Origin: Candidatus Uhrbacteria bacterium
GTDB lineage: Bacteria > Patescibacteriota > Patescibacteriia > UBA9934 > GWF2-40-263
DNA length: 64,000 nt
NCBI GenBank assembly: GCA_016188475.1
Contig: JACPHT010000001.1
Location: 138 to 64,137 of the forward strand
Reading direction: 5' to 3'
The notes beneath the pieces are model-generated. The model searched no databases. It was not told the origin of the DNA and was given only the letters and a program-made list of their open reading frames with translations. Position numbers and translations under genes: made by a program. Positions within the stretch are counted from its first letter, which is position 1, and every line of letters starts with the position of its first letter. Below, in pieces: positions 1-9,967 of the stretch.

Positions 1-14
1 CACCCACCGTGTAC

Positions 15-788
15 CTAAATCGCACAAGCTGTTCTTAAAGAAACTGATGGAATTATTGGAAAATGAGAGATTATAAATGATTCTAAAACTTCATGAAAAC
101 TATCAAGGTGTTCACCTTTCAAATGTGGCCGAGTTTGTGATTCAAACGACTCGCGAAGCGCGAATCGAATAAGCTTGAGGGTTTCATCTGAAATTGATCT
201 GGCTGAAAACCAGGCTTGTTGATTTGCGAGTGAACACGAATGACAAACAACTCCGCCTCGCAATGCGTGCCAATGATAATTCTGCGGTTCTATCAATTTA
301 TGACACGACAAACATAATTGAAGTTCCGGCCTATAACCGCAAACATCCATAAGTTTTAACATGAAAGAACCAAGCAAAAATCCAGCGCGTTCGTTGCTGA
401 TGGATTCTGTTGCGCAAAGAAATTCTAGCCAATCCTGCAAGAGCTCATACAAAACAGGATCGCGCTCCATTGGTTTTGTCGCAACATCAACAAGATGAAG
501 CGCGTTGCGCGCAAGTGTTAAATGATTCAAGCGATGATGTAAATTAAAAAACGAACGGTGGCGTTCCACTCCGGCGATAATTTGATATTGCCGACCATAC
601 ACAAGCAAGAGTTCAACTTCAGCGATCATCTCAAGATGCGGAGTAAGTTTCGCAAGCGACTTGTGTCCTCCTCGAGCGACAAATTCAATCTTGCCAAATT
701 CCGGAGTCAATGCCGTATACCATCTGTCAGTTTCTCTGAAGTCCCGACGTGAAAGAATAATTGCGGTTGTAGAATAAAGTGTGCTCAT
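15..788 (-). CDS. recO: DNA repair protein RecO; start ambiguous (alternatives at 863 or 1085)
   Basis: N-terminus MSTLYSTTAIILSRRDFRETD...FVARGGHKS and C-terminal Cys motifs (CLSCH...CHSC) fit RecO OB-fold plus zinc-finger architecture; the upstream in-frame extension to 1085 is probably not translated. Confidence 0.65.
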   Translation of the reverse strand: MSTLYSTTAIILSRRDFRETDRWYTALTPEFGKIEFVARGGHKSLAKLTPHLEMIAEVELLLVYGRQYQIIAGVERHRSFFNLHHRLNHLTLARNALHLVDVATKPMERDPVLYELLQDWLEFLCATESISNERAGFLLGSFMLKLMDVCGYRPELQLCLSCHKLIEPQNYHWHALRGGVVCHSCSLANQQAWFSARSISDETLKLIRFALRESFESQTRPHLKGEHLDSFHEVLESFIISHFPIIPSVSLRTACAI

Positions 789-1170
789 AAAATCTCCACT
801 GATATAACCTGTCGTTTGTTCCAGTAGAGACAAACGGACCGACTTTTTCTTGGCCTTATACATAGTGTGGAGGCAGAAAAAGCGTTCCGTAACTGTCTCT
901 TGTGGATCTTTGTGGTTTATCGGCTGGTTGAAGGCTGAAGAGTAAGGTTTATAAGATCGTTCGGATCCTTTGTTCGCAGACATTTTCAGACTGTTAGCAC
1001 AAACGTTTGGCTCTTTGTGATAGCGGTTGTGCTGTGTCGGAGGGAACAACGGCGAAGAGTCCGTTGGCCCGGAGACATGGTACAACCGCTACTAATGCCT
1101 AATTTAGGCATTTGACTTTTCCCAGAGGCGGTCAAGAACAGAGGAACCGAATGATCTGACGAAAAGTCTT

Positions 1171-1563
1171 TCAGATTTTCTCAAAATAACTCTGTACAAT
1201 CAACATTGCTGAAAGTGCGTCTTCTTGCGCTTTTGAACCTTCTTCTTTTTGTAAACGAATACTTTCCGATGTCGTGTATGATTCATCCTCCTCAACAACA
1301 GGAATCGAAACTGCATCTTCGAGCGCGCGGATAAACTTGCGGGTTTTTTTAAGTTGCTCTGCACTATGATGACCGCCTGTTGAAAGTGGGACTCCAACAA
1401 CTATCACATCAATATCTTCACTGTTTACTCTTTCGGCAAAAACTCGAATCGTTTCAGTTCCAGCGTTTTGGACAACATCAAGAGGAACAGCAACTTCCGC
1501 ATCACTGTCTCCAAACGCAAGTCCGATTTTTTTATCACCATAATCAATACCAAGAATTCTCAT
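1171..1563 (-). CDS. ruvX: Holliday junction resolvase-like protein RuvX/YqgF
   Basis: MRILGIDYGDKKIGLAFGD...VVGVPL, the typical YqgF/RuvX N-terminus; 130 aa. Confidence 0.8.
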   Translation of the reverse strand: MRILGIDYGDKKIGLAFGDSDAEVAVPLDVVQNAGTETIRVFAERVNSEDIDVIVVGVPLSTGGHHSAEQLKKTRKFIRALEDAVSIPVVEEDESYTTSESIRLQKEEGSKAQEDALSAMLIVQSYFEKI

Positions 1564-2339
1564 ACAGGCAGTGGCGTTAAAATTTCTACTCCATTTTTTG
1601 TAACAGCTATTGTTACTTCAAAATGGCTTCCAAGCGACTTGTCTTTCATAACAATACTCCAACCATCTTTTGCTGTTTCAACTTCTGAATTTCCGCCAAG
1701 TCCGAACATTGGTTCAAGAGCGAGACACATTCCTTCAACAATTTTGACATCAGGATATTGCGCTGAAACAAAATTTGGGATATGCGGCTCTTCGTGAACA
1801 GCGTGTCCTACACCATGGCCAACAAGAGCGCGAACAATTCCGTATCTGTGAGGTTTCACAAAATTTTCAATCGCAGAGCTGATATCTTTGATTGATCCCC
1901 CAACTTGCGCGGCCCGAACTCCTTCATAAAGCGCGCCTTTTGTTACTTCCATGAGTCTTGTGGCTTCTGGTGAAACATTCCCGACAGGGACTGTCACTGC
2001 CATGTCAGTACATAAACCTTTATACCAACAACCAACATCAATTCCAACAATATCGCCTTCTTTCAAAATACGATCACGATTCCCACATCCATGCACAATT
2101 TCTTCATTCACGGAAATACAGAGTGTGCTTGGAAACGGAGTGTCGCCTTTGTTTGATTTGTATCCTTTGAATGACGGTTCTCCACCACCTTCGCGAATCA
2201 CGCGTTCAGCTATCGCATCCAAATCTTTCATATTCACGCCAGGGACAACAGAATCAACAACATCTTTCAGAGCTTTTGAAAGTAGTTGACCTCCTTGTCG
2301 CATGATTGAAATTTCGTCAGATGTTTTTATAAATGCCAT
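1560..2339 (-). CDS. map: methionine aminopeptidase type I
   Basis: 259 aa with MAP pita-bread fold motifs (GIDVG, HGVGH, metal ligands); follows adk as in the conserved secY-adk-map arrangement. Confidence 0.9.
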   Translation of the reverse strand: MAFIKTSDEISIMRQGGQLLSKALKDVVDSVVPGVNMKDLDAIAERVIREGGGEPSFKGYKSNKGDTPFPSTLCISVNEEIVHGCGNRDRILKEGDIVGIDVGCWYKGLCTDMAVTVPVGNVSPEATRLMEVTKGALYEGVRAAQVGGSIKDISSAIENFVKPHRYGIVRALVGHGVGHAVHEEPHIPNFVSAQYPDVKIVEGMCLALEPMFGLGGNSEVETAKDGWSIVMKDKSLGSHFEVTIAVTKNGVEILTPLPV

Positions 2340-2365
2340 AGTGGTTCAGGTTTTGGGTTTTGGGT

Positions 2366-2986
2366 TCAAATAACTCCAATTATCCTCCCAAACACTTCTT
2401 CTGGACTTCCAACTCCATCAACATGATGAACTATTCCTTTCTTCTCATATTCCGCTATCACTGGCGATGTATCTTTTTCATAAATTTCCAATCGGCGATT
2501 GATTGCTTCTGGTTTATCATCATCACGAATCGTCCACTTCCCTCCGCACGAACACGAATCTCCGACTTTAATTCCATCGTTCACATTCCCAACTCTTCCG
2601 CACACACTGCATGTAATACGTCCACCCAAACGTTTGAGAGATTCTTCGCGCGGAATATCAATCACGATAACGTGAGTTGGGATATCAAAATCAAACGTCG
2701 CTAACTGCGACAGGTTGCGAGGATAGCCGTCGAGAACATATCCGTTTTGGGTGTCCGATTTTTGCAAACGCAATTTCAATAAATGAGCGGCATCTTCATC
2801 AGAAACCAAAATACCTTGGTTAATGATCGATTTTAATTTTTTACCTGTTTCTGAACCTGTTGCGACTTCGTCACGAATTAACTGGCCCATTGCAAACGAC
2901 GGTATTCCAAACTTTACTGACAATTTTTCGGCTTGTGTTCCCTTACCACTTCCTTGCGGACCCATTAGAAGGATTTTGTATAACAT
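2366..2986 (-). CDS. adk: adenylate kinase with zinc-binding lid
   Basis: MLYKILLMGPQGSGKGTQAEKL P-loop; CSVCGR...CSCGG lid cysteines; start taken at the internal Met of the longer ORF 2366..3031. Confidence 0.9.
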   Translation of the reverse strand: MLYKILLMGPQGSGKGTQAEKLSVKFGIPSFAMGQLIRDEVATGSETGKKLKSIINQGILVSDEDAAHLLKLRLQKSDTQNGYVLDGYPRNLSQLATFDFDIPTHVIVIDIPREESLKRLGGRITCSVCGRVGNVNDGIKVGDSCSCGGKWTIRDDDKPEAINRRLEIYEKDTSPVIAEYEKKGIVHHVDGVGSPEEVFGRIIGVI

Positions 2987-3044
2987 ACCTGACGAGTATA
3001 GCAAAAAAGTAGCAAAGTGGCATAGTAGCAAAGTGGCAGAGGGG

Positions 3045-3078
3045 GAAAAAATAAAAACGCGATTTCGCGCGTTTTTTC
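3045..3078 (-). terminator. intrinsic terminator downstream of secY
   Basis: AACGCGATTTCGCGCGTT hairpin flanked by A-run and T-run; reads as hairpin plus U-tract on the minus strand. Confidence 0.4.
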
Positions 3079-3111
3079 AATTCCACTCACCACTACACTT
3101 TCACCACTTTT

Positions 3112-4374
3112 TTACACATCATACTCTCTCATCGACAACTGTGCTTCTATTTGCTTAATCGCGTCAATAACAACCGAAACAATGATTAAAATTGAAGTTC
3201 CACCAATCACCAAGTTTGGATTGCCAGTGGCTTGTTTAACGATTAAAGGCAAAACAGCAATCACAGAAAGAAATGTTGCACCAAGAAGTAGGATTCGATT
3301 TGAAACCAACCCAAGATAGTCTGATGTATTTTTCCCAGGACGAATACCTGGAATGAACCCGCCCTGTTTTTGAAGATTTTCAGCGACTTGTTCGGGATGA
3401 AAAATAACTGCTGTATAAAAATACGCAAACAAAAACACTAATACGAAATAACTGATGCCGTAAAATAATTGATTTTGGAATAGTTGAACTGTTTGCTCTG
3501 CAATGTTTCGCAATAATTCTGTTTTCGCGCCCAAGAAAAATTGCGCGATAACAGTTGGAAACAAAATTATCGAAATCGCAAAAATAATTGGAATAACACC
3601 GCTCATATTCAGTCGAAGTGGAATGTGTGAAGTCACAGCTCCTGACAAACGCGCGCCCTGAATGTGACGGGCATATTGAACAGGAATGTTTCTCTGTGCT
3701 TCATTCATGATGACGATTCCTATGATTGTTATAATCGCAACAACGACAAACAAAATGAGCGTGATAAGTTGAGAGCGATCATAAACCGATAATGTCTGGC
3801 TCAAAAGAGTTGGAAGTCCGGCAATAATTCCAGCCAAAATCAAAATAGAAATTCCGTTTCCAACATTCTTTTCTGAAATCAACTCTCCAATCCACATCAA
3901 AAAAATTGTTCCAGCAGTCATTGAAAGAATCGCAAACAACATTGTGATAATATCTTTGTCTTGAAAAAACGATCCCTTTTGCGACATCAAAATAATAAGA
4001 CCGTAACCTTGAATAAATCCAAGAGGAACTGTCGCAAGTCGTGTCCATTGATTCATTTTTTGACGACCCTGTTCTTCCTTCTGCATTTCCTCAAGTGAAG
4101 GAATAATCATCGCCAGCAACTGAAAAATAATCGACGCTGTGATATATGGCGCAACTCCCATTGCGACAATCGAAAAATTTTTTAGTGTGCCTCCTGAAAA
4201 GATATTAAGAAGACCAAAAAGTTGATTTCCAGAAAAAAGATCTTTAAGAGCAGACGCGTCAATGCCAGGAACAGGAATATGCGCGGCAATTCGAAACACA
4301 ATCAGCATGAGAATCACGAACAAAATGCTTTTGCGCACTTCGCGTGTTTTCCAAATGCGAATGATTGTGTTCAT
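3112..4374 (-). CDS. secY: preprotein translocase subunit SecY
   Basis: 420 aa polytopic membrane protein with SecY signature regions, in the conserved position after rplO. Confidence 0.95.
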   Translation of the reverse strand: MNTIIRIWKTREVRKSILFVILMLIVFRIAAHIPVPGIDASALKDLFSGNQLFGLLNIFSGGTLKNFSIVAMGVAPYITASIIFQLLAMIIPSLEEMQKEEQGRQKMNQWTRLATVPLGFIQGYGLIILMSQKGSFFQDKDIITMLFAILSMTAGTIFLMWIGELISEKNVGNGISILILAGIIAGLPTLLSQTLSVYDRSQLITLILFVVVAIITIIGIVIMNEAQRNIPVQYARHIQGARLSGAVTSHIPLRLNMSGVIPIIFAISIILFPTVIAQFFLGAKTELLRNIAEQTVQLFQNQLFYGISYFVLVFLFAYFYTAVIFHPEQVAENLQKQGGFIPGIRPGKNTSDYLGLVSNRILLLGATFLSVIAVLPLIVKQATGNPNLVIGGTSILIIVSVVIDAIKQIEAQLSMREYDV

Positions 4375-4376
4375 AA

Positions 4377-4820
4377 TTATTTGATCGCGATTACAACCCC
4401 GCCGGCTTTTTCAATTTTTTGTTTTGCAACTTGAGAAACTTCGCACCCTTCAATAGTTAACGAGATTCCTATCTCTCCTGACCCTAAAATCTTAACACCA
4501 GAATCAATTTCAGTCACTAAACCTTTTTGTTGTAATAGTTTCTTTGTAACTTTCGCGCCATTTACAAAATATTTTGCAAGCTCTAACACATTAACGACAC
4601 TTGGTTTTGCGGCTATACTCTGAAACCCGCGATGTTTTGGAGTCGAAAGCATTATGCCTCGCAAACCTCTCAATTTTAGACCTGAACGACCGCCAGAACG
4701 CGCGCGTTGACCTTTCACGCCACGACCAGAGTACGAACCTGTTGATCCCAAACCACGTCCAACTCTCTTTTTGGCCGTTCTAGATCCTTTTTTTGGTTTT
4801 AGTGTTTCAAGTGACAACAT
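4377..4820 (-). CDS. rplO: 50S ribosomal protein L15
   Basis: Gly/Arg-rich N-terminus GRGLGSTGSYSGRG...; position between rpsE and secY. Confidence 0.9.
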   Translation of the reverse strand: MLSLETLKPKKGSRTAKKRVGRGLGSTGSYSGRGVKGQRARSGGRSGLKLRGLRGIMLSTPKHRGFQSIAAKPSVVNVLELAKYFVNGAKVTKKLLQQKGLVTEIDSGVKILGSGEIGISLTIEGCEVSQVAKQKIEKAGGVVIAIK

Positions 4821-4823
4821 AAG

Positions 4824-5489
4824 TTATTCGTTTGTGATTGATTTGATTTCTTCAATTTCAATTTTCTTATTCATTCTCTTTCCTTTGCTTCCAAATTGCT
4901 GAAGAGCTGAAAGCGCGGCTCGCGCAATGTTGATTTTATTTGAAGAATTGAGAACACGCGATACAACGTTTGGAACCCCAGCATATTCAAGTACGGTTCG
5001 CACAGCTCCACCGGATTTCAAACCTGTTCCTTTTGGCGCTGGTTTGAGCAAAACAATCGCTGAACCGTCTTTTACTAAAACATCATGCGGAATAGTTTCG
5101 TTTTCAATCGGAACTGTGATGATATTTTTCTTTGCTTGTCGATAAGCTTTTTCAACAGCGATTTGAACGTCCGCGCCCTTTGCAATTCCAAGACCGACCT
5201 TTCCCTTTTTATCGCCGATCACAAGCGCGGCGCGGAAAGACATTCGTTTCCCTCCGGCAGTAACACGAGTAACACGCGCTAAATCCAAAATCTTTTGTTC
5301 ATATTCTCGAACTTGTTGGGTTTTCCCTCGCGCCCTGCCACGACTTCCACTACTTTCCCCACCACGACGATTTCCACTTCGATTTCTTTGATCTCCACCA
5401 CCTCTTGAATTTCGATTACCTGAACGTGGCGCAACTTGTTTTGTTGGTTCAGTGGTTTGTGCTTGAATTGTTGGTTGCTGTTCTGTCAT
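4824..5489 (-). CDS. rpsE: 30S ribosomal protein S5 with Arg/Gly-rich N-terminal extension
   Basis: Conserved S5 core VTRVTAGGKRMSFRALVIGD...; start set at MTEQQ, which abuts the rplR stop; the longer ORF runs to 5570. Confidence 0.85.
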   Translation of the reverse strand: MTEQQPTIQAQTTEPTKQVAPRSGNRNSRGGGDQRNRSGNRRGGESSGSRGRARGKTQQVREYEQKILDLARVTRVTAGGKRMSFRAALVIGDKKGKVGLGIAKGADVQIAVEKAYRQAKKNIITVPIENETIPHDVLVKDGSAIVLLKPAPKGTGLKSGGAVRTVLEYAGVPNVVSRVLNSSNKINIARAALSALQQFGSKGKRMNKKIEIEEIKSITNE

Positions 5490-5490
5490 A

Positions 5491-5856
5491 TTATATCTTG
5501 AGTCCGCCTTCTCGCGCACCTTCTGCAATAGCGGCAACGCGTCCATGATAGCGATAAGAGCCTCTGTCAAATACTGCTTGCTTCAAACCTTTTGCAACAG
5601 CTTTCTCTGCTAATTTTTTTCCAACCTCTTTTGCAATATCAACAGGTTTTGCTTTGGCTTCAACATCTTTATCTGAAGATGAAACAAGTGTTTTCCCTGA
5701 CGTGTCATCAATTAGCTGTGCGTAGATGTGCTTCAAACTTCGCTTAACGCTCAAACGAGGACAATCAAAAGTACCAGAAATTCGCGCGCGTGTTCTGTGT
5801 GCGCGTCGCAAAGCGTGGACCTGTTTGAGTTTGATATTTTTTGACATACCTTTCAA
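5491..5856 (-). CDS. rplR: 50S ribosomal protein L18
   Basis: 121 aa; L18 motifs (RLSVKRS...HIYAQLIDD...GRVAA). Confidence 0.9.
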   Translation of the reverse strand: MKGMSKNIKLKQVHALRRAHRTRARISGTFDCPRLSVKRSLKHIYAQLIDDTSGKTLVSSSDKDVEAKAKPVDIAKEVGKKLAEKAVAKGLKQAVFDRGSYRYHGRVAAIAEGAREGGLKI

Positions 5857-5861
5857 TCTAT

Positions 5862-6419
5862 TTACGCGGCAGCTTTCTGTGCCTTTCCAGATTTACGTCG
5901 AACTACTTCTCCAACATATTTAATTCCTTTTCCTTTATATGGTTCTGGTTTCCTAATTCGACGAATGTTAGCCGCGATTTCACCAACCAAATGTTTATCA
6001 GCGCCTTTAATCGTTATAATGTTGCCTTCAACTGAAGCTTCTATTCCTTTTGGGATAATGAAAGGAATTTCGTGCGAAAATCCGATGTTCAAAACAATAT
6101 CTTTTCCTTTCATGTTCACACGATAACCAACTCCATTTACTTCTAGCTGTATTGAAAAAACTTCAACAACTCCTTTAACCATGTTCTGCAAAATAGCTCG
6201 AGCTGTTCCCCATTGCGCTCGAACAAATTTGTCTGTTTCGTTAGCAACAGTCACAACAATATCTTTCTGTCCTTCTTTCTCATTCAAAACAACCTTAACA
6301 GCTGGATTGAACTCTTGTACGAGCTCCCCTTTTGGCCCTTTAACAGTTACTGTCTGTCCTTGAACAGACACCGTAACTCCGTTTGGAATTATTACTGGTT
6401 GTTTTCCAATGCGTGACAT
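5862..6419 (-). CDS. rplF: 50S ribosomal protein L6
   Basis: [17 protein letters not shown]... duplicated L6 domains; 185 aa. Confidence 0.9.
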   Translation of the reverse strand: MSRIGKQPVIIPNGVTVSVQGQTVTVKGPKGELVQEFNPAVKVVLNEKEGQKDIVVTVANETDKFVRAQWGTARAILQNMVKGVVEVFSIQLEVNGVGYRVNMKGKDIVLNIGFSHEIPFIIPKGIEASVEGNIITIKGADKHLVGEIAANIRRIRKPEPYKGKGIKYVGEVVRRKSGKAQKAAA

Positions 6420-6456
6420 ATGTTAGAAGAAAGAAGCAAGAAGCTAAAAGATAGAA

Positions 6457-6849
6457 TTATGAGATTTCACAGATTACTTCACCACCAAGTCTGCGTGCTC
6501 TCGCTTCTTTGTTAGTCATGAGTCCATTTGGTGTTGAAATAATTGCAATTCCAATATCAGACAACACGCGCGGTAGTTCAGTCGATTTCGCGTACACTCG
6601 ATTTCCAGGTTTGCTAACTCGCTTAATCATTCGAATGTATGGTTGTTTGTTGTCGTACTTCAAGACAAGGCGAAGTTCTGGAAACTTCTCACCTTTTATT
6701 TCTTCAACCTTTCCAATATACCCTTCGGCTTCTAATATTTTTGCAATATGAAATTTGATCTTCGATGATGGAAGAGTGATGACTTCTTTTTTAACTTGCT
6801 GCGCATTTCGAATGCGAGTAAGCATGTCTGAAATTGGATCTGTAATCAT
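6457..6849 (-). CDS. rpsH: 30S ribosomal protein S8
   Basis: MITDPISDMLTRIRNA is the canonical S8 start; the ORF track extension to 6933 reads through the intergenic hairpin element and is probably not translated. Confidence 0.85.
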   Translation of the reverse strand: MITDPISDMLTRIRNAQQVKKEVITLPSSKIKFHIAKILEAEGYIGKVEEIKGEKFPELRLVLKYDNKQPYIRMIKRVSKPGNRVYAKSTELPRVLSDIGIAIISTPNGLMTNKEARARRLGGEVICEIS

Positions 6850-6855
6850 ATAGTG

Positions 6856-6977
6856 ATCTTTGCAAAACTCGAGATATTTCGACTTACGGGGCCCCACAAA
6901 TATCTCACCGTAATTTTCATTACGCCTCGACATTTGTCTCCCCCGTGCGTCGAAATCTCATCAAGTTTTGCAAAGAT
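6856..6977. repeat. about 122-bp long-hairpin element, copy A, rpsN-rpsH spacer
   Basis: About 90% identical to 11569-11693 in the same orientation; nested dyad symmetry (CTTTGCAAAAC...GTTTTGCAAAG outer arms, GAGATATTTCGAC...GTCGAAATCTC inner, GGGGCCCC core). Confidence 0.7.
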
Positions 6978-6987
6978 CTAATAATAT

Positions 6988-7173
6988 TTACCAGCTTGAT
7001 TTTCTTATTCCAGGAATTTCACCTCGATTCGCAAGTTCGCGGAAACAAATACGGCACAATCCGAACACGCGAATATATCCACGGTGTCTGCCACATCGCC
7101 AACAGCGATTCACCGCGCGTGTGGAAAATTTAGGCTTTTGTCTGGATTTAGCAATTTGATTTTCCGTTGCCAT
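6988..7173 (-). CDS. rpsN: 30S ribosomal protein S14 (zinc-binding type Z)
   Basis: 61 aa with CWRCGR...CRIC zinc ribbon. Confidence 0.85.
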   Translation of the reverse strand: MATENQIAKSRQKPKFSTRAVNRCWRCGRHRGYIRVFGLCRICFRELANRGEIPGIRKSSW

Positions 7174-7175
7174 AA

Positions 7176-7712
7176 TTATTTCGTAAGAGGGAGACCGAGA
7201 TGTTTAAGTAGAGCTTCCGCTTCTTTGTTAGACTTTGCTGTTGTTCCAATCGTTACTTGCAAACCATGGATCATTTCAATTTCATCACTTCTGATTTCTG
7301 GAAAGGCTGTATGTTCTTTAAAACCGATTGAGTAATTTCCATTTCCGTCAAAAGCTTTTGGTGAAAGCCCGCGAAAATCTCTAACACGCGGGAGCGACAC
7401 ATTCAAAAGCTTGTCCAAAAACGTCCACATTCTTTTTCCTCGCATTGTAACTTTCATTCCAACTACCATTCCTTCGCGAATTTTGAAAGCTGAAATTGAT
7501 TTGCGAGCAAGTGTCTTAACTGGTTTTTGACCAGTAATGCGTATTAACGTTTGTTCTGCTGTTTCCATGTACTTTGCATCTTTCAATCCTGGACCAATTC
7601 CAATATTAAGCGTAACTGCTTTCATATTTGGAACAGCGTTCACGTTTTTATACCCAAACTCTTTCATAAGTTTGGGAACGATTTCTTTTTTGTATGTCTC
7701 TTTCAAAGCCAT
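7176..7712 (-). CDS. rplE: 50S ribosomal protein L5
   Basis: 178 aa; L5 signature, position after rplX. Confidence 0.9.
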   Translation of the reverse strand: MALKETYKKEIVPKLMKEFGYKNVNAVPNMKAVTLNIGIGPGLKDAKYMETAEQTLIRITGQKPVKTLARKSISAFKIREGMVVGMKVTMRGKRMWTFLDKLLNVSLPRVRDFRGLSPKAFDGNGNYSIGFKEHTAFPEIRSDEIEMIHGLQVTIGTTAKSNKEAEALLKHLGLPLTK

Positions 7713-7715
7713 ATT

Positions 7716-8039
7716 TTATTCTACGTCCTCTTTTATACCTTTTGATTTGATCACACGAATTTTTCGTGTTTTTCCATCAGCTTCAATTTTTTTATATCCC
7801 ACCCTTCCACTTTTTCCACTTTTTGGTGAAATAAGTTTAACGTTTGAGACGTGAATAGGCGAAGCAAATTGAATTTTTTGTCCTGGCTGATTCGCTCGCT
7901 TTCGCAAGTGACGCGTCATCATGTTTATCCCCTCAACAACCACTCGTTCAACTTTTGGAAAAACCTGAATAATGACGCCTTCTTTCCCGCGATCTTTTCC
8001 TGTTAGGATTTTAACTTTGTCTCCTGTTTTGATTTTCAT
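7716..8039 (-). CDS. rplX: 50S ribosomal protein L24
   Basis: MKIKTGDKVKILTGKDRGKEG KOW motif; start at the internal Met of ORF 7716..8156. Confidence 0.85.
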   Translation of the reverse strand: MKIKTGDKVKILTGKDRGKEGVIIQVFPKVERVVVEGINMMTRHLRKRANQPGQKIQFASPIHVSNVKLISPKSGKSGRVGYKKIEADGKTRKIRVIKSKGIKEDVE

Positions 8040-8043
8040 ACTA

Positions 8044-8415
8044 TTACAAAACTTCAGGCGCCAGTGAGATAATTTTCGTATACCCGCCGGCACGCAACTC
8101 GCGAGCGATAGGTCCAAAGATGCGAGTACCTTTTGGTTCTTTTGTTTTTTTGTCAATTATAACAGCGGCGTTTTCACTGAAACGAATATACGTTCCGTCT
8201 TTTCTTCGAATTTCTTTGCATGTTCGCACGATTACTGCCGTAACAACATCGCTCTTTTTTACACTCGCATGTGGAACAGCTTCTTTAACAGACGCTACAA
8301 CAAGATCGCCGATAGTTGCATATCGTTTTTGATGTCCACCAAGTACGCGAATAACTCCCAGCTTTTTCGCGCCAGTGTTATCTGCAACTTTTAGCATTGA
8401 TCGAAGTTGTACCAT
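8044..8415 (-). CDS. rplN: 50S ribosomal protein L14
   Basis: [18 protein letters not shown]..., 123 aa. Confidence 0.9.
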   Translation of the reverse strand: MVQLRSMLKVADNTGAKKLGVIRVLGGHQKRYATIGDLVVASVKEAVPHASVKKSDVVTAVIVRTCKEIRRKDGTYIRFSENAAVIIDKKTKEPKGTRIFGPIARELRAGGYTKIISLAPEVL

Positions 8416-8421
8416 ATAAGT

Positions 8422-8670
8422 TTATGCTGAACGAACAACAATCCATCTTTTTGTTTTAGAATATGGACGGCATTCTTGAAACACGACTGAATCTCCAATT
8501 TTATGTGCCTTTTTTTCATCATGTACGTGATACTTTTTGCTTCTTACGTAACGCTTTCCATATTTTGGATGAACAACTGTTCGATCAACACGAACCACGA
8601 TCGTCTTTTCCATTTTGTCAGAAACGACGATTCCTGTAAGAGATCGACAGTTGTGATTTTGTGTTGACAT
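8422..8670 (-). CDS. rpsQ: 30S ribosomal protein S17
   Basis: 82 aa; LTGIVVSDKMEKTIVVRV... S17 OB fold. Confidence 0.9.
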   Translation of the reverse strand: MSTQNHNCRSLTGIVVSDKMEKTIVVRVDRTVVHPKYGKRYVRSKKYHVHDEKKAHKIGDSVVFQECRPYSKTKRWIVVRSA

Positions 8671-8672
8671 AT

Positions 8673-8858
8673 CTATTTAGCTAAAGGAAGAATTGATAGA
8701 ATGCGAGCGATTGTTTGTTTTGTCTTTCGAATATCGCGCACATTTTTTAATTGATTCGCAGAACGTTTGAACTCAAGTTCTTTAAGATGCGTTCTTGCAA
8801 GTTCAAGCTCGTGAACAAGTTCTTCTTTTGATTTTTCGCGTAAGGTTTTCATTTCCAT
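8673..8858 (-). CDS. rpmC: 50S ribosomal protein L29
   Basis: 61 aa helical protein between rplP and rpsQ. Confidence 0.8.
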   Translation of the reverse strand: MEMKTLREKSKEELVHELELARTHLKELEFKRSANQLKNVRDIRKTKQTIARILSILPLAK

Positions 8859-8862
8859 ATCT

Positions 8863-9282
8863 TTATTCTAACTCGCGTGAGATTATCCTTGTTCTGACTG
8901 GAAGCTTGTGCCCGGCAAGCGTAAGAGCTTTGCGAGCAAGTTCTTCATCAATTCCACCCATTTCAAACATTATTGTTCCTGGTCTCACAATTGCAACATA
9001 ATGATCAACCGCACCTTTTCCTTTTCCCATAGGCATTTCTGAACCTTTTGCGGTTACAGGCTTGTCTGGAAAAATGCGGATCCAAATTTTTCCGCCGCGC
9101 TTGATAGCGCGCGTCATTGCGCGTCTGGCAGCCTCAATTTGACGCGATGTTACCCATGCGCCTGTTGTGGCTTTAATGCCGAACGTTCCAAACGCAATTG
9201 CAATTTTTGTTGTTGCAACACGTTTGTTACGGGCTCGGCCCTTGTGCCATTTGCGATGTTTTACTTTTTTCGGAATAAGCAT
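8863..9282 (-). CDS. rplP: 50S ribosomal protein L16
   Basis: [19 protein letters not shown]... canonical L16 start. Confidence 0.9.
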   Translation of the reverse strand: MLIPKKVKHRKWHKGRARNKRVATTKIAIAFGTFGIKATTGAWVTSRQIEAARRAMTRAIKRGGKIWIRIFPDKPVTAKGSEMPMGKGKGAVDHYVAIVRPGTIMFEMGGIDEELARKALTLAGHKLPVRTRIISRELE

Positions 9283-9303
9283 ACTAATCTTTTCGTCTCA
9301 CTT

Positions 9304-9966
9304 TTAACTTTTCTCTTCTTCTCCCCTTTCAAACACCTCACCTCTGTTTATCCATACCTTTACTCCAATTGCTCCCCAGATAGTTTGAGCTTTGACTGAA
9401 GCAAAATCTATGTCTGAACGAAGATTATGAAGTGGGGTTTTTCCTTGAGATATCATTTCTGTGCGAGCAATTTCAGCGCCATTTAATCTTCCACTGATAA
9501 TCACCTTTGCGCCTTGCGCGCCCGCTTTAATTACACGCTCTACCGCTGACTTCATAACACGTCGAAACGGCATGCGCTTTTCAATTTCGAAAGCCATCTG
9601 TTGAGCAACCACGTTCGCGCAAAGAGATGATTGTTTCAACTCTTTTACGTTGATGCCAATCCCAACTCGCTTTCCGCGATAAAACTCATTCTTAAGTTTA
9701 CGTGTCAAATCTTCAATTCCGGCTCCAGCTCTTCCAATTATAAGACCTGGCTTTGATGCAAAAATTGAAATTTTCAAATCTTGTCGTGAACGTTCCATTT
9801 CAATGCGATCAATCAACGCTTCTTTGAGTTCCTTTTTTAAAAACGCGCGAATTTTAACGTCTTCAGAAAGATTTTGTTTGAATTGTTTTCGATTAGCAAA
9901 CCAGACCGCGTCCCAGCCGCGGGTGACACCTAGTCTGAATACTCGTGGATGTACTTTGTGTCCCAT
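9304..9966 (-). CDS. rpsC: 30S ribosomal protein S3
   Basis: MGHKVHPRVFRLG... KH domain; start at the internal Met of ORF 9304..9978. Confidence 0.9.
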   Translation of the reverse strand: MGHKVHPRVFRLGVTRGWDAVWFANRKQFKQNLSEDVKIRAFLKKELKEALIDRIEMERSRQDLKISIFASKPGLIIGRAGAGIEDLTRKLKNEFYRGKRVGIGINVKELKQSSLCANVVAQQMAFEIEKRMPFRRVMKSAVERVIKAGAQGAKVIISGRLNGAEIARTEMISQGKTPLHNLRSDIDFASVKAQTIWGAIGVKVWINRGEVFERGEEEKS

Positions 9967-9967
9967 A

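Noticed and set aside
558-752. Assorted short antisense or overlapping ORFs inside well-supported genes (for example 558..752, 3779..4048, 14233..14785, 18327..18848, 33330..33692, 36368..36952, 58132..58627)
   Set aside because: They lie embedded in or antisense to confidently identified housekeeping genes, with low-complexity translations.
1086-1170. Possible tRNA or small RNA in the recO-ruvX spacer (perfect palindrome ATGCCTAATTTAGGCAT)
   Set aside because: No tRNA-like T-arm or anticodon architecture; more likely a simple hairpin, possibly a terminator or protein-binding palindrome. No tRNA genes were recognised anywhere in the window.
6850-6933. 28-aa N-terminal extension of S8 ([28 protein letters not shown])
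   Set aside because: It is encoded by the intergenic hairpin element. The second copy of the element is out of frame with rplB, so a peptide is not conserved, and the canonical S8 start MITDPISDML follows directly.
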